The notes below the pieces were generated by a model. That model searched no databases. It was given only the letters and a program-made list of their open reading frames with translations, and was not told the origin of the DNA. Position numbers and translations under genes: made by a program. Below, in pieces: positions 58,115-64,000 of a stretch of DNA of 64,000 nucleotides; positions within the stretch are counted from its first letter, which is position 1; each line of letters opens with the position of its first letter. The stretch comes from an uncultured Thermoplasmata archaeon. Lineage in GTDB: Archaea; Thermoplasmatota; Thermoplasmata; Lutacidiplasmatales; UBA184. The stretch is from contig CAWJFK010000029.1 of the NCBI GenBank assembly GCA_963842165.1, positions 24,048 through 88,047 of the forward strand, read 5' to 3'.

Positions 58115-58176
58115 GATTTGAACCCGAGCCCTCCGGTTTGCAAAACCGGCGATCTTCCGAACTGATCTACCAGCCC
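58103..58176 (-). tRNA. tRNA-Ala (anticodon UGC)
   Basis: The reverse complement folds as follows:
- Acceptor stem GGGCTGG/CCAGTCC with a G3:U70 pair, the Ala identity element.
- D stem GATC/GATC.
- Anticodon stem CCGGT/ACCGG with loop TT-TGC-AA.
- T arm TCGGG-TTCAAAT-CCCGA.
- Discriminator A; length 74 nt; no intron; no encoded CCA. Confidence 0.88.
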
Positions 58177-58204
58177 GCGGGCGCCGCAGGGCACGCCATG
58201 GGCC

Positions 58205-58915
58205 TTAGGGTTTCGGTTCGCCGGTACCCGACACCGACCGCCACGCCCCGACCAGCTGGGGGACCGTCGGGCGTCGTCCGATCTCAGCCGGGTCGACCCA
58301 CTCGGCGCGGACGTGCTCCCAGTCGAGCTGCACCTCCGATCGGCTGACCCGGAACCGAAACGGATGGACAATGAACACCGTCGATTCGCTTCGGGCGAAG
58401 ACGGGAGCGCCCTCGGCCACGAGCTCGAGGCGGTCGGGTCCGATGCCGGTCTCCTCCCGGACCTCGCGGCAGGCCTGAGCGAGGGCGGTCGGGTCTTCGA
58501 GGTACCCGGAAACACCGGCCCACCGCCCGCGGAACGTCCTCACCCGGTCGGACCGCTGGAGGAGGAGGATGCGGCCGTCGGCGCGCTGGAGAAAGGCCGT
58601 CACCACAGGAGATTCCTTGACCCCGTCGATCGTTAGGGTCCCGACCGTCCCGTCGATCCGGACCGACTCCCTCTCCCGGAAGAGGTCCCGCTCGAATCCC
58701 GCGACGGCCGCGAGGCCCGGCCGAGGCACGAAGCGGGCAGGGGTTCCCACGACAATCGCTCCCCGGACCTCCGGGGCGGGAGCGCTCGTGAGGGGCCAGT
58801 CCGGACCGTCAAGCAAGAGGATCGCTGGCTCGAGGCGAGAGGGTGGTCCCTCGCCCATGCCGCGGAGCAGACCCCGCGCTTCCCCGGGCGAGAGCGGGAT
58901 CCCCGGAAGCGACAC
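58205..58915 (-). CDS. NUDIX hydrolase with an N-terminal PEP-utiliser-like (apparently His-less) domain
   Basis: The C-terminal half carries the Nudix box context GRWAGVSGYLEDPTALAQACREVREETGI. The N-terminal half (PGEARGLL...ILLLDGPDWPL...RGAIVVGTP...VRIDGTVGTLTIDG) resembles a swivelling PEP-utiliser domain. Confidence 0.6.
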   Translation of the reverse strand: MSLPGIPLSPGEARGLLRGMGEGPPSRLEPAILLLDGPDWPLTSAPAPEVRGAIVVGTPARFVPRPGLAAVAGFERDLFRERESVRIDGTVGTLTIDGVKESPVVTAFLQRADGRILLLQRSDRVRTFRGRWAGVSGYLEDPTALAQACREVREETGIGPDRLELVAEGAPVFARSESTVFIVHPFRFRVSRSEVQLDWEHVRAEWVDPAEIGRRPTVPQLVGAWRSVSGTGEPKP

Positions 58916-59000
58916 AGCGCGCCATCGGCGACTGGGAACTTCCGTCTATCGCTGAGGCCGCGGGCCAAACCACATCTACCCGTTCCGGGTCCGCGCCGAC

Positions 59001-59990
59001 GTGAAGCTCTCGGCGTTCACGATCGTCGACCAGTTCCCGGCCGACGAGGGCCGGGGACGGGACCGATATGCCGAGGTGATCCAGCTGGCCGAGGCGGCAG
59101 AGGCGGCGGGTCTCTCGGGTCTCTGGGTCGCCGAGCACCATTTCCAACCGGGAGGGATCTGTCCGTCCCCGCCCGTACTGCTGGCGGCGTGCGGCGCGCG
59201 GACGCGCCGCCTCCGCATGGGCGCCATGGTCAGCGTGCTGCCGTTTCACCGTGCGGTCGACCTGGCAGAAGAGTATGCGCTCCTCGACCAGGTCACGGGC
59301 GGGCGGGTCAACCTCGGCGTGGGCAGCGGGTACATTCCGGCCGAGTTCGAGGGATTTGGGGTCGACCCGGCAACGAAGCGAGAGAAGTTCGACACGTCGC
59401 TCGCCCAGATCCTCGACGCCTTCGCAGGACGGGAGGTCCAGGTTGCCGAGACCGCCCCGCACCCCGTCGCGTTGAACGTACGGCCGGTCCAGTCGCCCCA
59501 CCCGCCGCTCTGGGTCGCCGTCCAGCGCCGGGAGGCGATCGCGTTCGTCGCTCGGAAGGGCCTGTCGATCGCCCTCATCCCATACGCTACGGTCTCGGGG
59601 CTTCCGGAGCTTGCGGAGGAGATCCGCGAGTTCCGCGCCTCCCTCCCCGCGGGGAGCCAGGCCGAGGTCGCGGTCGGGCTCCACATCTACGCGGGCGCCC
59701 ATCCGGACCGCGCCCGTGCCGCGCTCGACCGCTTCCTCTCGAGCCGCCTGCGCACCCAGAGCACGTTCTACCAGGCGAAGGCGACCCACGACCCGCACCA
59801 TGCGAGCCGCGCGGGCCTGGAACAGGGCGGGCTCGCCCTCATCGGGAGCCCGACGGAGGTCGTCGACCGCTTGGACGCTTTCCGACGCATCGGGGTCGAC
59901 GAGGTCCTCGGGATCTTCGACTTCGGGGCGTTCCCTGCTGAGGACGTGAGCGCCTCCGTTCGGGCGCTGGGCGCCGCGTTCGCACCGTAG
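59001..59990 (+). CDS. Luciferase-like (LLM-class) flavin/F420-dependent oxidoreductase
   Basis: MKLSAFTIVDQFP...AEAAGLSGLWVAEHHFQPGG...NLGVGSGYIPAEFEGFG...GSPTEVVDRLDAFRRIGVDEVLGIF. The ORF is intact at 329 aa. Confidence 0.8.
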   Translation: MKLSAFTIVDQFPADEGRGRDRYAEVIQLAEAAEAAGLSGLWVAEHHFQPGGICPSPPVLLAACGARTRRLRMGAMVSVLPFHRAVDLAEEYALLDQVTGGRVNLGVGSGYIPAEFEGFGVDPATKREKFDTSLAQILDAFAGREVQVAETAPHPVALNVRPVQSPHPPLWVAVQRREAIAFVARKGLSIALIPYATVSGLPELAEEIREFRASLPAGSQAEVAVGLHIYAGAHPDRARAALDRFLSSRLRTQSTFYQAKATHDPHHASRAGLEQGGLALIGSPTEVVDRLDAFRRIGVDEVLGIFDFGAFPAEDVSASVRALGAAFAP

Positions 59991-60071
59991 GGCCGGAGGA
60001 GCGGGCGCCGCGCCCGATCTCCGGATTCGAAGAAGAGAAGGAAAGGGTTGGTCCGGTCGGTCCCTCGGGAC

Positions 60072-62577
60072 CTACTGGGCGCCGGGGGCGGCGACGGCAT
60101 CGGGGGCTGGCCGTCGCTGGCCGGAGGCGGAGAGGTCGGTTCCTGCCACGCCGCCGCTCCCGGGCCCGTCGGGGCCGGGGCGGGCGGGTTCATTGGACTC
60201 GTGACCGAGGTTCCGCCCGAGGGCGGGGACGCCTTCTTCCGGCGGATCATCAGCACGAGGACGACCAGGACCACCAGGATGAGGATCAGCAGGATGAGCC
60301 AGCCGACCGTCAGTCCGCTGCCCGCCCCGATCTCCATGCTCAGCGCCGAGGGGTGCGCGTTGATGGTGATGGCGGACATCCCCACACACGCCCCGCCGTA
60401 GCAAGAGTTCCCGTAGAGGTACGTCCCCACCAGCGTCATCTGGAGGATCGCGACCCCCGTCTGCCAACCGGACGGGATCGTGAGCTGGAAGGTTCCCGAC
60501 GTGCTCGTCGTCGACATCTGGCTCGAGATCTGGGTTCCCACCAATCCCACCAGGAAGGTGTAGACGACGGGGAGCGGGGCGTTCCCGTACGGCGCGATCG
60601 AGAAGGCGACCGTCACGGTCTGGCCCGGTCGGTAGCTCCCGTCGGAGTAGCTCGAGAGGGTGGTCACGCCGATGAACACGTTGTAGCCCCACGACTGGTT
60701 CAGCTCGAGGGTGGTGGTCGCGACCGTGCCGGCCGCGGCCGAGCTGAGGTAGGCGTACACCCAGTATTGGGTCGGGGCCCCAGCGGACGGGACGAGGATG
60801 CTGAACGAGCTGCCATTGCTGACCGTGCCCGAACTGAACGATCCCACTCTCTCCGTAGCTGGTGTAGCCGTTGCCGTACTCCGCGTAGACCTGGTAGGTG
60901 ATCGCCGGCGATGAGAGCGACCCATCTCCCCAGGCTTGCGCTTGGACCGTTACGGTCGAGCCGGGAGTAAAGGTGGTGGAGCTCGGGTTCAGGGTCAGGA
61001 TCGGCGCGGTGACGTAGCCCACGACCTCCCCGTAGAACGAGTCCGTAGCGTTGACCGCTGCGACCTCGAGGTAGAACTCACCGATGAACCCCGTGGGGAG
61101 GGTGACCGTCAGCGTCCCCGTGCTGGCCGTGCTCGAGATGGCGCCCTGCCCGAGGAAACCGAAATCGTAGCCGGCCAGGTACCACTGGGTCGCGGTGACG
61201 GGTCCCGTCGCCGCGGAGTTGGTCGAGTCGATCGTCCAAGTAGCGGTGATCATTTGGCCCGGGAAGTACGACAGCTGGTTCGAGGGCCACCGTCACCCCG
61301 ACGGAAGCGCCCGAGGGGTAGACGTAGAACGTCTCGTTGGCCCACAGTTCACTGTCGGGCGGAGCGATCTTGGCGGCGCCCGGGTTCGTGACCGTCAGGT
61401 TGACCGAGTTGTAGAACGGCGCCTGATACCAGGAGGTGAACTGAGTGTCGTTCGCCTCGAAGGAGAAGGCGACTACCCCCGTGGCGTTGCTGACGAGGTT
61501 GGGGGACGTGAACCCGAGGGGCGTGACCACGGAGTTCCCGTTCCAGAAGTTGATCGCGACCGCGAGGCCCGCCACGGGGGTGAACTGGTCCTCCCCGCCG
61601 AACGCGCCGACGATGGCGCACACCTGGACGAGCGAGCCCGAGTCGTAGTCGGAATAGTAGCCGTCCGGGCAGATGCTGCCCGAGTTCGACTCCATGCGGA
61701 ACGAGTCGAGGTAGACCAGTCCGACCTGGTAGTCCACGCCGTAGGAATGGTTCTCGGCCTGGTGGGTGCCCACGTAGATCGAGACCCAGACCTGGAGGAA
61801 GATCGTGGTGTCAAAGCTCGCGTTGGCGGGGACCTTCCAGGTGTAGCTGCCCAGCCCACTCGCGGGTTGGGTGACGATCCCGTTCGCGGGGCTGGAGAAC
61901 AGGTGGAGTGTGGTTCCGGTAGAATTGACGTACGTACCGGCGTAGGAGACGTTCGTGATGGTGGAGACGGGGGCCCCGTTCACTTCCGAGTACGCCCCAT
62001 AGGCGGTCGTGATCGACTCCCCGGGGAGGACGACGCTGCCCGGATAGGGGGAGCCGTAGATCTCCTCGTAGTAAGTTTGCACGAAGATCGGGTAGCTCGC
62101 GTTCCCGCCCAGCGCCCCCGAGACGGAGACGTTCCACCCGCCACCGACCTTGAGGTCGGCGGGGAAGGTGAACGAGACCCCCGCGTCCGTGGAGTGGTAC
62201 ACGTTGGTCGTGTTGTTGATCGGAACCGTCACCTGGAAGGCGGGGTTGCTTACGCCGTCCTGGGTGGCGTTGGGGTCCGTGATCGTGAAGGTGACCTGGG
62301 AATCGGTGGTGGGGTCGTAGACTGCGAAGTAGAGGACGTTCGACCCGTAGTTGTAGTAGTTGCCGGTGTTGAAGTGGGTGACGTTGTAGTTGAAGTACGG
62401 ATAATTCCCACTCGCGGTTTCGAGCTGGATCGTCGACACCGCGGGGTGAACGGGCGCGGCCGTCGGCGCATGGGGCGTCGGAACCGTCGCGCCTCGAGCT
62501 CCAGAGGACCCGAGTACGACCATCGACGAAACGATCAGCAATACGACTACCGCCAAAATCAACGCACGGCGCGACAT
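60072..62577 (-). CDS. Large secreted, sequon-rich surface protein with a C-terminal TM anchor and Pro-rich tail, with two or three frame breaks
   Basis: A signal/anchor (MSRRALILAVVVLLIVSSMVVLG) is followed by many N-x-S/T sequons (NVT, NTT, NAS, NVS, NST, NHS, NDT, NLT, NET). The protein continues through ORFs 61078..62577, 60072..61253 and 59768..60925. The C-terminal end is TVGWLILLILILVVLVVLVLMIRRKK plus a Pro-rich tail. Breaks lie near 61255 and 60910. The true stop is uncertain; 60072 was chosen. Confidence 0.6.
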
Positions 62578-62730
62578 CCCCCGAACGTCGGCATCCGGCT
62601 ATAAGAACGCTACGCTCGAACTGTGACGGCCACTGTGACGGTCTGGCACGGAGGGAATTCGGGTCTTCCGGGGCGACGAACGACCCCGATTGGAATTTAT
62701 GGCTCGGCGGGGTGAGGCGGCCGAGGGACC

Positions 62731-63398
62731 ATGACCGAGATCTTGCCGGGGGTCCACCTGATCGACGGGATCGACCCGAGCCCGGACTTTACCACGCATG
62801 TGTACCTGGTCAAGGACAAGGGCGCGAGCTGGACGCTCATCGACACGGGCCTCCCCGGGGCGTTCGAGAAGGTCGAGGCGTACCTCGCGAAGATCCGCGT
62901 CGAGCCCCATTCCGTGAAGAAGATCCTGATCACCCACCTCCACCGGGACCACACCGGTTCCCTGAAGCACCTGGCCAAGGTGACCGGCGCCCGAACGTTC
63001 GCGCACTGGATCGAGGCCGCCTACATCGCGGAGAAACCCAAGTATGACGGCCCCGGCTCGCCGCCGGCCGAGCCGTTCCGCGTCGACGAGGTCCTGAAGG
63101 ACGGCGACGCGGTCGACGCCGCGGGCGGCCTGGTCGCCTACCACACCCCGGGCACACTCCGGGCCACACCTCCTACTACCAGGCGGAACGCAAGCTGCTC
63201 TTCTCGGGCGACCTCTTCTTCGGCGACGGAACCGGGCTGACGCTGACCCCTCCGGAGTACACCCACCACACCCCGACGGCGCAGATCTCCGCCCGCCGCA
63301 TGAGCCAGCTCTCGGTCGACTCGCTCCTCAGCTACCACGGCGGGCCCGTCCTGAAGGACGGCGGGGCGGCCGTTCGAACGCTCGTCGCGACGCTCTGA
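62731..63398 (+). CDS. MBL-fold metallo-hydrolase, frameshifted as sequenced
   Basis: WTLIDTGLPG...ILITHLHRDHTGSL (HxHxDH)...AYHTPG / HTPGHTSYYQAERKLLFSGDLFFG...LSYHGGPV. The break is at the G run near 63150, and the stop is at 63396-63398. Confidence 0.75.
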
Positions 63399-63475
63399 AT
63401 AATTTCTGGCCCGAAAGCGGCGGGAAAGGGTTGGTTAGGGGCGGAGGTTCCACCCCCCGAAGGCGGGTCAGCTCC

Positions 63476-64000
63476 CTAGACGGCTCCCGGCGGGGGTCCG
63501 CCCGCTCCCGGGGGCGGGGGATAGTTCATGGATCCGCCGGCCGGGGGCGGAGGAGGGGGCGCGGAGGAACCGCTCGAGCCCTTCCGACGCCAAAGCGCGA
63601 GACCGAGGACCGCCGCGATGACCGCGATGATCACCACGATGATCAGGATCGTGGTCCAGCCCCCGAGCCCTCCGTTCGAAGTGGACTTGGTCGCGGGCGG
63701 GGCCGGTGCGGTCACCGTGACCGATACCGTCTTCGAGGCCGACGAGCCGAGCGAGTCGTTCGCCCAGAAGGTAGCGGTGTAGGTACCGACCGCCGTGTAG
63801 CTGTGCGACGGGTTCTGGAGGGCGGAGGCACCGCCGTCCCCGAACCGCCAGGCGTAGGTGAACGTGCCGGAACCGCCGGTCGCGCTTCCCGTGAAGTTGA
63901 CGGTCTCCCCGGTCGTGGGCGCCGTGGGCGCGAACGCCGCCGTGAGGGCGAGGGTCGGGTTGACGGTGACCGACAGCGTTTTCGTCACGAGGCCGCCGCC
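63476..64000 (-). CDS. PKD-domain surface protein with a C-terminal TM anchor and Pro-rich tail (5' end outside the window)
   Basis: GETVNFTGSATGGSGTFTYAWRFGDGGASALQNPSHSYTAVGTYTATFWANDSLGSS is a PKD signature. It is followed by GGWTTILIIVVIIAVIAAVLGLALWRRKG and a poly-Pro tail. The reading frame stays open to the window edge. Confidence 0.7.
   Translation of the reverse strand, partial: GGGLVTKTLSVTVNPTLALTAAFAPTAPTTGETVNFTGSATGGSGTFTYAWRFGDGGASALQNPSHSYTAVGTYTATFWANDSLGSSASKTVSVTVTAPAPPATKSTSNGGLGGWTTILIIVVIIAVIAAVLGLALWRRKGSSGSSAPPPPPPAGGSMNYPPPPGAGGPPPGAV

Noticed and set aside
58103-58176. My first reading of this tRNA as tRNA-Cys (GCA).
   Set aside because: Recounting the 7-nt anticodon loop (TT-TGC-AA) gives anticodon UGC. 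The G3:U70 pair in the acceptor stem independently supports alanine identity.
1-64000. Programmed ribosomal frameshifting or recoding as an explanation for the interrupted genes.
   Set aside because: The breaks occur in about 25 unrelated genes, at non-homologous positions, without shared slippery heptamers. Several fall in homopolymer runs. Assembly indels are far more parsimonious.
1-64000. CRISPR arrays and rRNA genes.
   Set aside because: I found no regularly spaced 24-40 bp direct repeats and no stretch resembling 16S, 23S or 5S rRNA while reading both strands.

Overview
This is a GC-rich archaeal chromosome segment, roughly two-thirds G+C by eye (not computed). RadB, an archaeal-type SAM synthetase, the exosome, proteasome alpha and NreA point to a euryarchaeal, possibly Thermoplasmata-like, lineage, but no database search was possible.

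Core content:
- The S12-S7-aEF2 ribosomal cluster.
- The conserved superoperon proteasome alpha, SBDS, Rrp4, Rrp41, Rrp42, L37Ae, RpoP.
- Many DNA repair genes: PolB fragment, family-4 UDG, Ogt, RadB, Lhr, UvrB, NreA.
- GlyRS, MoeA, PurQ, Trm1, aIF1/SUI1 and SAM synthetase.
- A BtuFCD-like ABC importer, an ABC-2 exporter, a flippase, an MFS transporter and large sequon-rich surface proteins.
- Two tRNA genes: tRNA-Trp(CCA) with an 87-nt intron, and tRNA-Ala(UGC).
- No rRNA genes and no CRISPR array.

Accessory content:
- A 0.7-kb RelE-type toxin-antitoxin (TA) cassette sits next to tRNA-Trp, bracketed by 34-bp direct repeats of the tRNA 3' end.
- A roughly 5.5-kb integrase-less island (about 52.6-58.1 kb) ends at tRNA-Ala. 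It holds a solo TnpB, DUF4242 and DUF1330 genes, a second paralogous TA cassette and a bacterial-type class III cyclase-TPR protein. It also contains three copies of the tRNA-Ala 3'-terminal sequence.

Most interesting leads:
- The two TA cassettes, each bracketed by tRNA-end repeats.
- The tRNA-Trp intron, which carries a possible cis-acting methylation guide aimed at C34.
- A cluster of related palindromes, or a structured RNA, between fusA and ogt.

Main caveat: about thirty single-base frame breaks interrupt conserved, often essential genes, several at homopolymer runs. These are most likely assembly indels. Several giant ORFs in the ORF track are GC-composition artefacts or false fusions.
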